A stretch of 64,000 nt of DNA from Octopus vulgaris (lineage: Eukaryota): NCBI GenBank assembly GCA_951406725.2, contig OX597817.1, positions 12,896,001 through 12,960,000 of the forward strand, read 5' to 3'. The position numbers and the translations under genes were made by a program. Each line of letters opens with the position of its first letter. The first letter of the stretch is position 1. This document shows, piece after piece, positions 49,844-62,147 of the stretch. Below the pieces are notes generated by a model. That model was not told the origin of the DNA, did no database searches, and was given only the letters and a program-made list of their open reading frames with translations.

Positions 49844-50243
49844 AAGGCGCAGGAGTGGCTGTGTGGTAAGTAGCTTGCTAACCAGCCACATGGTTCCGGG
49901 TTCAGTCCCACTGCGTGGCATCTTGGGCAAGTGTCTTCTGCTATAGCCCCGGGCCGACCAATGCCTTGTGAGTGGATTTGGTAGACGAAAACTGAAAGAA
50001 GCCTGTCGTATATATGTATATATATGTATATGTATGTGTGTATGTGTCTGTGTTTGTCCCCCTAGCATTGCATGACAACCGATGCTGGTGTGTTTACATC
50101 CCCGTCACTTAGCGGTTCGGCAAAAGAGACCGATAGAATAAGTACTGGGCTTACAAAGAATAAGTCCCGGGGTCGATTTGCTCGACTAAAGGCGGTGCTC
50201 CAGCATGGCCACAGTCAAAATGACTGAAACAAGAGTAAAAGAG
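49844..50243 (+). mobile_element. SINE family A
   Basis: Full-length copy. Confidence 0.9.
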
Positions 50244-50477
50244 TATTGATTAAAATTGATGATGAAACTAACTGATTTGACTAAGCATAAAGCAAGTTGC
50301 TGCTGTAGAGATATAATCAATTGAACTGACCACAGTATATTTTAGGGCTTATATTATCTGTTCAAAGAAAAATGCAGTTTGAGAAGAATTAAAACTCATA
50401 AGACTGACATTCAGAACTGAATCTAGTCAAGGATTTAGTTTGATGCTCTATTAATTTTCCATTTTTTTTTTTTTCAG

Positions 50478-50882
50478 TACTGGCTTCCGTGCCGGTGGCA
50501 CGTAAAAAGCACCATCCGAATCGTGGCCGATGCCAGTGCCGCCTCGACCGGCTTCCATGCTGGTGGCTTGTAAAAAGCACCATCCGAATCGTGGTTGATG
50601 CCAGTGCCGCCTCAACTGGCTTCCGTGCCGGTGGCATGTAAAATGCACCAATCCGACCGTGGCCATTGCCAGCCTTGCCTGGCAATTGTGCAGGTGGCAC
50701 GTAAAAAGCACCCACTACACTCACGGAGTGGTTGGCGTTAGGAAGGGCATCCAGCAGTAGAAACATTGCCAGATAAGACTGGAGCCTGGTGCAGCCTTCT
50801 GGCTTCCCAGATCCCCGGTCGAACCGTCCAACCCATGCTAGCATGGAGAACGGACGTTAAACGATGATGATGATGATGATGA
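50478..50882 (+). mobile_element. RTE-tail element with ~4 repeat units
   Basis: Same architecture as 53746-57187. Confidence 0.8.
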
Positions 50883-51070
50883 ACTAAATTTGATTTCTTA
50901 CTTTCATAACAATGCTACAAATTTATAAAACTGGAGTATAATCAATTGAATATACACCTAAAGTATTATGAATACTTATTTAATCAACCCTAAATGAATG
51001 AAAGACAAAAATTTAGACTAGTAGGAATTGAATTCTGAATGTAACTACATACTGCAAGTATGTCCAGTAG

Positions 51071-51420
51071 ATCATCATCATCATCATCATCATCATCATC
51101 GTTTAGCGTCCGTTTTCCATGCTAGCATGGGTTGGACGGTTCAACTGGGGTCTGTGAAGCCAGAAGGCTGCATCTGGCCCAGTCTGATCTGGCAGTGTTT
51201 CTATGGCTGGATGCCCTTCCTAACGCCAACCACTCCGTGAGTGTTGTGGGTGCTTTTTACGTGCCACCCGCACAGGTGCCAGACGGAGCTGGCAAACGGC
51301 CATGGACGGATGGTGCTTTTTACGTGCCACCGGCACAGGGGCCAGGCAAGGCTGGCAACGGCCACGATCAGATGGTGCTTTTTACATGCCACCGGCACGG
51401 GACCAGGCGAGGCTGGCGTA
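51071..51420 (-). mobile_element. RTE-tail element with ~3 repeat units
   Basis: Same architecture; inverted relative to 50478-50882. Confidence 0.8.
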
Positions 51421-51872
51421 ACTAATAATGATTTATTTTGAAACAAGGTCAAATATTGAAGTGAGGAGGTAATATAATCACTCCAGCTGACCTCAGTAAA
51501 ATGTTCGCTCTTATGTTACTGACCGACTTCCACTCCAGTGGGAAGTGGAACATGAAGTCAATCTTGGTAGAATGAGAACCAAAAACACACTAAGAGACTA
51601 CATAATTTCAAGCTGCTACTTTTACCAACTCTCCAGGCTGAAACTAACAATGAAACCACTAAGCGGTTGCTCAAGTTGCTTTAAAAAAATCAATGAAATC
51701 TTCCGCAAACCACACTGATCTGTCTTAAAAGAAGGGAAGGACACACTATGTCCTAGGCATACCATGTCTGAGATAAAGATGGAATTTCATAGGAGGAATC
51801 ATAAGTCTATTTGATTAAGGCTGAACTGAAGCTAACAATTCTCCACTCTACAGAAATTGATTCTAATTCAAA

Positions 51873-52224
51873 TCTCTCTATATATATAAAGCTGAAGTTG
51901 TCTGCGAGACACTGCGACACAAGTTGACCAAAATTGAGAGTATGATAGAAGAAGGCTTGCTCTTCCTTCCATAGAAGAAAAAATTCAAATCGGACCATGT
52001 TAACACCAAAAATTATTTACATCAAAAAGGTGCTTTTTTTCTATGAAAATCCCTATTTTTTACGATCTTTTGACTACTGTGTCGCCATTTTTCAGTGTAT
52101 TTCAACCAGAAAAATGTTCACTTAAAGAGAATAACAAGCTACATAATGCAAAAGTTTTACTTTTCAAAAATTCCAATTCTAAAGGGTCGAAACAAACCCG
52201 AGCAACGCCGGGCGATACTGCTAG
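51873..52224 (+). mobile_element. Non-autonomous Helitron
   Basis: A|TCTCTCTATATAT ... cccgagcaacgccggg hairpin ... CTAG|T. Confidence 0.78.
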
Positions 52225-52448
52225 TAGTTAAATAAATTCAACTTGAAACCAAAGAACAAAATATATTTGAAGTTGTAGCAATTGATTTTAACATAATTTT
52301 TCTACAAGGAGATGTTCTATATATATTTTATCTCTAAGTATTTCTTTTTAGTCAATAATAATTTATATGATGCAATACATTTTCAGTTCTTTGTGTATTT
52401 TTTAATTATTGAGTTGGATCCACTTATATCATAACTAACAATAACCAC

Positions 52449-52522
52449 GGGCATATGGCATAGTGGTTAAGAGTGCGGGCTACTAACCCCAAGATTCCGA
52501 GTTCAATTCCAAGCAGTGACCC

Positions 52523-52566
<44 letters not shown>

Positions 52567-52718
52567 TTAATAATAACATTTAAAAGTACCTTAGGAATGA
52601 GAACCTAGGTTCGAAATTTCCCCCAAGACACCTGATGAAGGCTGGAGGGTATATCAGCCAAAACATTGTGTTAACAACAAACAAGATGAGGATAAATATC
52701 CATCAAATGTAAATAATA
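52449..52718 (+). mobile_element. tRNA-headed SINE-like element with (AAT)n spacer and hammerhead-like 3' module
   Basis: A-box tggcatagtgg, B-box gagttcaattcc, then (AAT)n, then GACAC-CTGATGA-A-GGCTG..CAGCC-aAAAC-aTT-GTGTT. Confidence 0.65.
52627..52672 (+). ncRNA. Degenerate minimal type I hammerhead ribozyme motif
   Basis: Canonical CUGAUGA; stem II GGCUG/CAGCC; stem I GACAC/GUGUU; GAAACGUU reads AAAACAUU (two G-to-A changes at would-be CpGs). Confidence 0.6.
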
Positions 52719-53162
52719 TAACAATAACTATTTGCACACTATAATGCCTATACATGAATGTATTTACATATCTGTGCATGAGTGTCTTGATGATAGTGAA
52801 TTTGCACCCACACACATGCACACATGCAGTGGGAATGTGCATCAATTGTCAATAAGAACTGCTTTTATATGTTGTAAATAATATAGCTGACACCGACAAA
52901 AGTTAATTAACGTGAATTAGCAACATTTTCAATTTTCAGGACTATCACCATCCTTTTGATCTCATCATTGTCATTCTGCTCTGACTTTCTTAATATTGTT
53001 ATCTTCTTCATCTCCACAACACTAACTGATGCAATTGTACCAACCTCTTTCATGCTACCTTTATAGCTTCCTTCTACCTGGAAAAATTATGCCGAGTTTT
53101 AGAACGGAAATATAAAAGTTCAAAGAAACTATTGGTGTTCTACATTGGCAAAAATACATTAA

Positions 53163-53381
53163 CCCTTTAGCATTCAGATTATTCTGTCAAATATATTATT
53201 TATTCATCCATATTGTTTTAAGCTAATCATGCATTTTTTCGTAGCTTTAAGATTTTGATGATGTTATCACCTGTTTTTAGATTGACATTATAGGTTGGTG
53301 TGAGATACCAAATTTGGGCAGTTTTAATCGAAAACAGGTAGATCATTTGGGCCGGATATGGCCAGTTTAAACACTAAAGGG
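53163..53381. mobile_element. piggyBac-type MITE
   Basis: TTAA TSD, CCCTTTAG/CTAAAGGG termini. Confidence 0.85.
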
Positions 53382-53469
53382 TTAAAGTTTGCAAAACAGA
53401 GTAAGTTCATGTATTAAGAGAATGGTGAATTCTAATGTTAAAAGCAATGTCCTCTGTCAGAATTGTTCA

Positions 53470-53745
53470 AAAGATAATCATTATCTTGATTTCAATAATC
53501 ACAATAGCAATGATTACAAAAATGGGAATGATAACAATGTTGTTTATGATGGCAATGACGATGATGATACTGATGACAAAGAATATAATGATGAGAAAGA
53601 CAATACCAACAGTTACATTGAAGATAATAAAAAAGAATGATTAGAAGATGATGGGGCAGATGAAAATAACACTGACAATGATGATGAAAGTGATAATGAA
53701 GAAAACAATGACTACAAAGATGACAGTGAGGATAATGAGACAATG
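53470..53745. repeat. Degenerate (GAT/AAT)n low-complexity tract
   Basis: Directly visible. Confidence 0.8.
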
Positions 53746-56700
53746 TTGCCAGCCTCGTCTGACCCCCGTGCCAGTGGCATGTAAAAAGCACCATCCGATC
53801 GTGGCCGATTGCCAGCCTCGTCTGACCCCTGTGCTGGTGACACGTAAAAAGCACCATCCGATCGTGGCCGATTGCCAGCCTCGTCTGACCCCTGTGCTGG
53901 TGGCACGTAAAAAGCACCATCCGATCATGGCCGTTTGCCAGCCTCGTCTGGCCCCCGTGCTGTTGGCACGTAAAAAGCACCATCCGATCGTGGCCGTTTG
54001 CCAGCCTCGTCTGGCACCTGTACCGGTGGCACGTAAAAAGCACCATCCGATCGTGGCCGTTTGCCAGCCTCGTCTGGCCCCCGTGCTGGTGGCACGTAAA
54101 AAGCACCATCCGATCGTGGCCGTTTGCCAGCCTCGTCTGGCCCCCGTGCTGGTGGCACATAAAAAGCACCATCCGATCGTGGCCGTTTGCCAGCCTCGTC
54201 TGGCCCCCGTGCTGGTGGCACGTAAAAAGCACCATCCGATCGTGGCCGTTTGCCAGCCTCGTCTGGCCCCCGTGCTGGTGGCACGTAAAAAGCACCATCC
54301 GATCGTGGCCGTTTGCCAGCCTCGTCTGGCACCTGTACCGGTGACACGTAAAAAGCACCATCCGATCGTGGCCGTTTGCCAGCCTCGCCTGGCACCTGTA
54401 CCGGTGACATGTAAAAAGCACCATCCGATCGTGGCCGTTTGCCAGCCTCGTCTGGCCCCCGTGCTGGTGGCACGTAAAAAAGCACCATCCGATCGTGGCC
54501 GTTTGCCAGCCTCGTCTGGCCCCCGTGCTGGTGGCACATAAAAAGCACCATCCGATCGTGGCCGTTTGCCAGCCTCGTCTGGCACCTGTACCGGTGACAC
54601 GTAAAAAGCACCATCCGATCGTGGCCGTTTGCCAGCCTCGTCTGGCCCCCGTGCTGGTGGCACGTAAAAAGCACCATCCGATCGTGGCCGTTTGCCAGCC
54701 TCGCCTGGCCCCCGTGCCGGTGACATGTAAAAAGCACCATCCGATCGTGGCCGTTTGCCAGCCTCGTCTGGCCCCCGTGCTGGTGGCACATAAAAAGCAC
54801 CATCCGATCGTGGCCGTTTGCCAGCCTCGCCTGGCCCCCGTGCTGGTTGCACGTAAAAAGCACCATCCGATCGTGGCCATTTGCCAGCCTCGCCTGGCCC
54901 CCGTGCTGGTGGCACGTAAAAAGCACCATCCGATCGTGGCCGTTTGCCAGCCTCGTCTGGCCCCCGTGCTGGTGGCACGTAAAAAGCACCATCCGATCGT
55001 GGCCGTTTGCCAGCCTCGTCTGGCCCCCGTGCTGGTGGCACGTAAAAAGCACCATCCGATCGTGGCCGTTTGCCAGCCTCGCCTGGCCCCCGTGCCGGTG
55101 GCACGTAAAAAGCACCATCCGATCGTGGCCGTTTGCCAGCCTCGCCTGGCCCCCGTGCCGGTGGCACGTAAAAAGCACCATCCGATCGTGGCCGTTTGCC
55201 AGCCTCGTCTGGCCCCCGTGCCGGTGACATGTAAAAAGCACCATCCGATCGTGGCCGTTTGCCAGCCTCGCTGGCCCCGCTGGCCCCCGTGTGGTGGCAC
55301 GTAAAAAGCACCATCCGATCGTGGCCGTTTGCCAGCCTCGTCTGGCCCCCGTGCTGGTGGCACGTAAAAAGCACCATCCGATCGTGGCCGTTTGCCAGCC
55401 TCGTCTGGCCCCCGTGCTGGTGGCAGTAAAAAGCACCATCCGATCGTGGCCGTTTGCCAGCCTCGTCTGGCCCCCGTGCTGGTGGCACGTAAAAAGCACC
55501 ATCCGATCGTGGCCGTTTGCCAGCCTCGCCTGGCCCCCGTGCTGGTGGCACGTAAAAAGCACCATCCGATCGTGGCCGTTTGCCAGCCTCGTCTGGCCCC
55601 CGTGCCGGTGACACGTAAAAAGCACCATCCGATCGTGGCCATTTGCCAGCCTCGTCTGGCCCCCGTGCTGGTGGCACATAAAAAGCACCATCCGATCGTG
55701 GCCGTTTGCCAGCCTCGCCTGGCCCCCGTGCTGGTGGCACGTAAAAAGCACCATCCGATCGTGGCCGTTTGCCAGCCTCGTCTGGCCCCCGTGCTGGTGG
55801 CACATAAAAAGCACCATCCGATCGTGGCCGTTTGCCAGCCTCGTCTGGCCCCCGTGCTGGTGGCACATAAAAAGCACCATCCGATCGTGGCCGTTTGCCA
55901 GCCTCGCCTGGCCCCCCTGCTGGTGGCACATAAAAAGCACCATCCGATCGTGGCCGTTTGCCAGCCTCGTCTGGCCCCCGTGCTGGTGGCACGTAAAAAG
56001 CACCATCCGATCGTGGCCGTTTGCCAGCCTCGTCTGGCCCCCGTGCTGGTGGCACATAAAAAGCACCATCCGATCGTGGCCGTTTGCCAGCCTCGTCTGG
56101 CCCCCGTGCTGGTGGCACGTAAAAAGCACCATCCGATCGTGGCCGTTTGCCAGCCTCGCCTGGCCCCCGTGCTGGTGGCACGTAAAAAGCACCATCCGAT
56201 CGTGGCCGTTTGCCAGCCTCGTCTGGCCCCCGTGCTGGTGGCACGTAAAAAGCACCATCCGATCGTGGCCGTTTGCCAGCCTCGCCTGGCCCCCCTGCTG
56301 GTGGCACATAAAAAGCACCATCCGATCGTGGCCGTTTGCCAGCCTCGTCTGGCCCCCGTGCTGGTGGCACATAAAAAGCACCATCCGATCGTGGCCGTTT
56401 GCCAGCCTCGTCTGGCCCCCGTGCTGGTGGCACGTAAAAAGCACCATCCGATCGTGGCCGTTTGCCAGCCTCGTCTGGCCCCCGTGCTGGTGGCACGTAA
56501 AAAGCACCATCCGATCGTGGCCGTTTGCCAGCCTCGCCTGGCCCCCGTGCTGGTGGCACGTAAAAAGCACCATCCGATCGTGGCCGTTTGCCAGCCTCGC
56601 CTGGCCCCCGTGCTGGTGGCACATAAAAAGCACCATCCGATCGTGGCCGTTTGCCAGCCTCGTCTGGCCCCCGTGCTGGTGGCACATAAAAAGCACCATC

Positions 56701-57012
56701 CGATCGTGGCCGTTTGCCAGCCTCGTCTGGCCCCCGTGCTGGTGGCACGTAAAAAGCACCATCCGATCGTGGCCGTTTGCCAGCCTCGCCTGGCCCCCGT
56801 GCTGGTGGCACGTAAAAAGCACCATCCGATCGTGGCCGTTTGCCAGCCTCGTCTGGCCCCCGTGCTGGTGGCACGTAAAAAGCACCATCCGATCGTGGCC
56901 GTTTGCCAGCCTCGCCTGGCCCCCGTGCTGGTGGCACGTAAAAAGCACCATCCGATCGTGGCCATTTGCCAGCCTCGTCTGGCACCTGTGCAGGTGGCAC
57001 ACGTAAAAAGCA
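53746..57012 (+). repeat. 63-bp GC-rich minisatellite, ~52 copies
   Basis: Unit gccagcctcgtctggcccccgtgctggtggcacgtaaaaagcaccatccgatcgtggccgttt. Confidence 0.97.
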
Positions 57013-57187
57013 CCCACTACACTCTCAGAGTGGTTGGCGTTAGGAAGGGCATCCAGCTGTAGAAACACTGCCAGATCAGACTGGAGCCTGGTGCAGCCTC
57101 CTGGCTTCCCAGACCCCAGTTGAACCGTCCAACCCATGCTAGCATGGAAAGCGGACGTTAAACGATGATGATGATGATGATGATGAT
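57013..57187 (+). mobile_element. RTE-type 3' end with (GAT)n tail, contiguous with the 63-bp array
   Basis: cccactacactc..ttaggaagggcatccagctg..ttaaacgatgatg. Confidence 0.85.
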
Positions 57188-57336
57188 GTTGATAATAATC
57201 ATAATGGTAAGGATGAATGTAGTGGATGTGGTGGCACTGATGCTGCTTATATAGATGTGAAGGAAGAAAAGAGAAAAAAATATAATTGCCCAAAATATTT
57301 GCTGCTCAAATTAGTAATGGGTGTTAAATTACAAAC

Positions 57337-57521
57337 CTCCACATAATCTGATAAACATGGACTTTCACCAGGAAGATCAAGAACATCAAAGGAAAATATC
57401 ACAGTATGCTGTGGCTGGATTATCCATACACAATCTTCATTGCTTCCGTAGGAGTTAGGGAAGTTTGTTGATGTAATCACACCTTCTTTTTGTGACCGCA
57501 TGCCTCCACAGCCTTGAAGGT
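57337..57521 (-). CDS. CUBN: Cubilin-like exon, CUB3 N-half (DLQGCGGMRSQKEGVITSTNFPNSYGSNEDCVW...SDYVE)
   Basis: tttag acceptor, GAG|gtttg donor, phase 1 to 0, 185 bp. Confidence 0.9.
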
Positions 57522-57710
57522 CTAAATGAAACATAAATCAAAAACATGTATTATCTTTGAGAGGGTTAAATGTGTGTTGTTCATGGGTTCTAGTTCAACT
57601 GCATGATAAGCAATTGCTCAACAGATAATTACCGATGGACAACTACCTGACAGACAACTGCCTGATAGATATCTGCCCGACAGATACTTTCACTTTATCT
57701 TTATCTGTCA

Positions 57711-57980
57711 CTAGCAGTACTGCCCGGCTCAACACAGTTCACGTCAAACAGCTGACTGAGTAAAGTTCACTATTCAATGCATGGGATAAGGCCTAAACAA
57801 ACACATTATCGATTTTTATACTTGCGAGATGAATTTCGGAACAGAAATAGCGCAGTTCAATTTTCATTCGCCTAAACTTTAAGTGACCCATTTTTGGTGG
57901 TTCTACGATTTGTTGGCTAGGAGGAGATGTGCCGGGAAGTTAAACACACAGACACACACGTTTAGTTTTATATAAATAGA
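57711..57980 (-). mobile_element. Non-autonomous Helitron, different internal sequence
   Basis: TC start (tctatttatat), CTAG end, degenerate hairpin. Confidence 0.55.
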
Positions 57981-58294
57981 TTTGGACGAATCTTCTTGTA
58001 CACACAAATTGCATTTTTTCTCAGTTTGCTGAAGTAAAGGACCACCAGGTGTCGAAAGGCTAAGCAACTCTATTAACAGTGAAGCTTGTGAAACATTTTT
58101 CATCTTAATTTATATACAATTGTTAGTAGCCATGCATTTTGTTAAAACTCAACGTGGAGGGTTGGAGTTCTTCTGTAATGGCTGCATCTACATTAAGAAC
58201 AAGGACTTGTCATCTGGAAAGATATTCTACAGATGTGTGTGAACGCTGCCAACATAACAACTACAAGACCAAAATTATACTGTGTGGAGAAAAA

Positions 58295-58460
58295 ACACAC
58301 CAGTGTTGGTGTGTTTATGTCCTTGTAACTTAGCGGTTCGACAAAAGACACCAATAGAATAAGTACTAGGATTAAAAAATAAGTCCTGGGGTCAATTTGT
58401 TCAACTAAAACCCTTCAAAGCAGTGCTCCAGCATGACCACAGTCAAATGACAAACAAGTG
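58295..58460 (+). mobile_element. SINE family A 3' fragment, diverged
   Basis: Sequence similarity to family A. Confidence 0.7.
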
Positions 58461-58627
58461 AAAAAAATTTTTTAAATAAAAGAATCCAACTGAGATACTG
58501 AGACCTCATCTTCTTGGCCACTTCCACTCAATGGTTGTTAAACAAAAATCTCAAAAATTTACGTGCTTTTACATCTGCAATTTATAAACAATAGATAATT
58601 TTTTTTTAAACAAAGAATCTTATTTAC

Positions 58628-58790
58628 CTTCCATAGAAGAAAACGATATATGAAATCCTTTAGCACTGTAGCTTGAATCCGTATGAAATCTAATATAGAG
58701 ATATGGCTCAGTAGATCTCAGTGGTTTTGGTGAACCAGAGTGACAAATTTTTCTCAATAATGCAGCATCAGCTGTTAGACCATTCCTAAT
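58628..58790 (-). CDS. CUBN: Cubilin-like exon, CUB2 C-half (IRNGLTADAALLRKICHSGSPKPLRSTEPYLYIRFHTDSSYSAKGFHISFSSME)
   Basis: Not in the ORF track; translated by hand. tag acceptor, G|gtaaa donor, phase 0 to 1, 163 bp. Confidence 0.92.
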
Positions 58791-59091
58791 CTAGAAATCC
58801 CAAAGGTAAAAAAAAAAGTCAACAAAGCAATACATATTGTCATATGATAATCAAAATATAGAAAAATTTTGGATTTATTTAACCTTGAGTCTAATGACAA
58901 GTATAGAGTCATTTATGTTTGAAATTTTTAAATCAAAGAATTTGTTTGAAATTTTAAAATCAAAGAAAACAGTAGTGATGACAAATATTAGTCTATCCTA
59001 GAATAATGATTTATACCATCCAGTATTACCTTCACAGAACGAGGTAAACTTGATAACTGGAAGTGTATGGTACATTGGCAATGACATAGTA

Positions 59092-59651
59092 TTGGGTTGT
59101 CAGGAAAGATCGTGCCGATTTATAGTAGCTTACCTTTCGACTTATTTTAGAACATGTTTGAGTCCATAAAATAGGATTTGACGACACCTTCATTTAGAGT
59201 ACAGTTCAAGCTATCTTTTCGTGGAAGAAGGTTTATGTTCCTATAACCTGTGTTAATTCTCTAACCCTTTAAATTGGAAGATAAGAAAGTTCATTTTCGG
59301 CACTTGATGCTTTTCTTTTTCCATAAAGGGAAAAATGCCTCACAAGCAACCAAAGAAATATGCGCAGTTTACGGTGATGTTTCTTTATCCGAAAGAACTG
59401 TATGGAAGTGGTTCACAAGGTTCCGAGCTGGAGATTGTAGCCTTTTTGATAAAGAGCAATCAGGCAGACCATCCACTACAGATGATGACCAAATCAAGTC
59501 ATTAATTGAGAATAACCCACATTGCACAACCCGAGAATTGGCAGAAAGCCTCAACCTATCAAAATCCATCGTTCATGAGCACCTGGTAAAGCTTGGGTAT
59601 TGACCTTTTTCTTTCCTTTAAAAATCGACATGAACTTTCCAGACAACCCAA
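59092..59651 (+). mobile_element. Internally deleted mariner element (N-terminal HTH only)
   Basis: TA|ttgggttgtcaggaaag.tc.tg.cgattt TIRs at both ends; ORF HFRHLMLFFFHKGKNASQA..WFTRFRAG..SGRP. Confidence 0.9.
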
Positions 59652-60034
59652 TACAAACTATGGTTAGTTTTCCAATTCGTTTTTAACTCATCTACAATTT
59701 CATTAAATGTTACAATAATGAAATAATCTGATTTTCTTTGGAGCAGATACAATGACCAAGTTGTGTAGGGAAGGAGGTATAACTTTTTGTCAATCTTGGA
59801 GAGCTGAAAGTGAAGTGGAATTCTTAAACACATTTGAACTCAAAACATGAGACAAAATTAAACAAGACAGCCTTTTCATGGTCATTTGACAAGCTAGAAA
59901 CTGCAGTCAGATCTCCTTCAAAATACACACTCTCATCAAAAGGCAAAAAAACAGGTATAATGTAGCACCTGAAAAAACTAGATAGGACGCTTGCTCAAAA
60001 TAACCAAGAATTTATGCCTTTAATGCTTTTACTG

Positions 60035-60395
60035 AACATGGCCATAGCCAGTACCGCATCGACTGGCCTCCGTGCTGGTGGCATGTAACAAACACCATCC
60101 GATCGTGGCCATGCCAGCCTCGCTTGGCCTCCGTGCCGGTGGCACGTAAAAAACACCATCTGAGCGTGGCCGTTCACCAGCCTCGTCTGGCACCTGTGTC
60201 GGTGGCACATAAAAAGCACCCACTACACTCACGGAGTGGTTGGCATTAAGAAGGGCATCCAGCTGTAGAAACACTGCCAGATCTGACTGGAGCCTGGTGC
60301 AGCCTTCTGGCTTCCCAGACCCCAGTTGAACCGTCCAACCCATGCTAGCATGGAAAGCGGACGTTAAACGATGATGATGATGATGATAATGATGA
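60035..60395 (+). mobile_element. RTE-tail element with ~3 repeat units
   Basis: Same architecture as 53746-57187. Confidence 0.8.
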
Positions 60396-60429
60396 TCCTC
60401 TTTAGAAAAGATTTCAAATGAAGCCTTAC

Positions 60430-60611
60430 CTCAAGATAATCATAACAAAACACACCATCTTCAAGTGAAACCTCTCCAAAATGTATGTAAATATCCTTAT
60501 TAGGTTCAACTTCAATTGTCCACACGCAATCACGGTTATGAGGGTAGTTGTGGGGATATCCAGGACTTCTAATTACTCCATGGGTTTTACCACGAATTGT
60601 TTCACCACAAA
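60430..60611 (-). CDS. CUBN: Cubilin-like exon, CUB2 N-half (VCGETIRGKTHGVIRSPGYPHNYPHNRDCVW...CYDYLE)
   Basis: tag acceptor, GAG|gtaag donor, phase 1 to 0, 182 bp. Confidence 0.92.
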
Positions 60612-60716
60612 CTACCATTTGAAAATAAAGGTAGAATTATTTAAATCATCACTCAAGAAAAATTCAACAGTTTAAGACAAAAAAAAAAAAAACAATCCCA
60701 AACCTGTATATGTTTA

Positions 60717-61990
60717 CAGGGTGCGATGGGTAAATTGTCACTATTTTATATTTTTATATTCACACATGTGTGTTGTTTGTTTTTGATTTTGTTGACTACA
60801 CAGAATAGTAGGGTCAGTTGGGCACTGTCTGTGAGAAAAACAGCACCATGACGTAATTCACTTTGCCAGGAATTTCGAAACAACAAGCTGCACTGCTTGG
60901 CATTCACACCAGAATTTCCAATACAAACATTTCAAAGTATTTTGGATGTCAATCTTAGGACAGTGCAGAAAATTTGGAAAGAGTTGGATGAGTCTAATGG
61001 TGATTACAAAGGTACAGCAGCTCGGAAAATTCACTCTGATCATTCTGATAGGAAAAGAACTGAATTTGTTGGTAGAATCCAGAGCCATGATTGACAATGA
61101 TCCCTCCAAGTCAATCAGGCCCATCACCAGGCACATGGGAGTGTCTGAGTTTCTTATCAGGCAGGTAATGCATGAAACATTTGATATTCCTTATGCAAGA
61201 TGAGAAAGGGCCAATTTTTATCCCAAGCCATCAAGGGCAAGAAGAAGGACTATGCTTACAAAGCTTTTGAACAAACTCAAGAATCCCCTCCAACCGAACA
61301 TGCTTTGGTTTTTCTTAGACAAGAAAAATTTCTGTCAGTATCACATGAACACACAGAGCAACCATTGGCTTGCCATTGTCCCCAAAACATGTACCGAGAG
61401 TGATAAAAATTAAACATCCAGTCAACAACATGTTGTTTGGAGTGGTGGCAATGTTATGCCGCCATTCATCTTCCCACACGGCCTCAGACTCAACATGGAG
61501 ACCTATATCAAGTGCCTGGAGGAGGTAGTGCTGCCCTGGGTCAAGAGAACGGCTGCTGGAAGACCCTATGTCTGGCAAAAGGACTGTGCTATGTCACACA
61601 AGGAGCAGAACCCAGTTATGACTGTCAGAAAATTTCTGCAACCACATCACCCCTAACATCTGGCCACGTAACACCCCCAGACTGCAACCCCCTCGATTAT
61701 TATGTGTTGGCCACAGTTGAGTGAGAGACCAACAAAACTCCATGTAACACCAAAGACGAACTGAAAGCAAGGATTATGGCAGCATTCACCAACTTAAACA
61801 AGGAGACTGTCCAGAAGAGTTGCAGGAGATTCCGAAATCGTCTGGAGGCCATAGTTGAAGCCAATAGCGATTTTATTGAATAAATTTATTCTTTAGTATT
61901 TCAAGATATTTTTATGTAATTTTGGTAAAATGAGATGTCAGTGTTATTTTCATTTTTGTGTAAATTAGATAATTTATTTGCTATACCCAG
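60717..61990 (+). mobile_element. Tc1/mariner-superfamily (maT/DD37D-like) transposon remnant
   Basis: TA|caggg start; MPPFIFP.GLRLN..YI..LEEVVLPW, YVWQKD, PDCNPLDYYV motifs; frameshifted. Confidence 0.8.
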
Positions 61991-62147
61991 AATATATCTA
62001 ATTCAAGATGTAAGAAAATGAGAGGGAAAAAGGGAAAAGGAGAGAGAGAGAGAGAGAGAGAGAGATGTTGTAACTACAAAGTGAAACCTGATCTTCCAAT
62101 GAATGGCTATAATGATTATACACAGCACACTTTTTATACTGAGTGTA

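Larger units (their letters stand above)
3447..60611 (-). other. CUBN: Cubilin-like gene, internal part (13 exons, CUB2-CUB8); continues beyond both window ends
   Basis: Thirteen spliceable CUB-encoding exons in one orientation. Domain-specific motifs occur in the order I recall for human cubilin CUB2-8 (SPGYPxNYPxxRDCVW; NSIWVHFK..KVACG; YPNGIQCTWNIIV; ILSHSN; YPLNYYHRAEC; GIIESPGFP). Confidence 0.88.

Noticed and set aside
53746-57012. CRISPR-like appearance of the 63-bp array
   Set aside because: No unique spacers, no cas genes, and the context is a eukaryotic intron.
53492-57293. ORFs of 1173, 1119, 1122 and 556 aa
   Set aside because: A 63-bp unit (a multiple of 3, stop-free in several frames) gives 21-aa repeats in all three minus frames. 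They shift frame at indels and have no splice or domain support.
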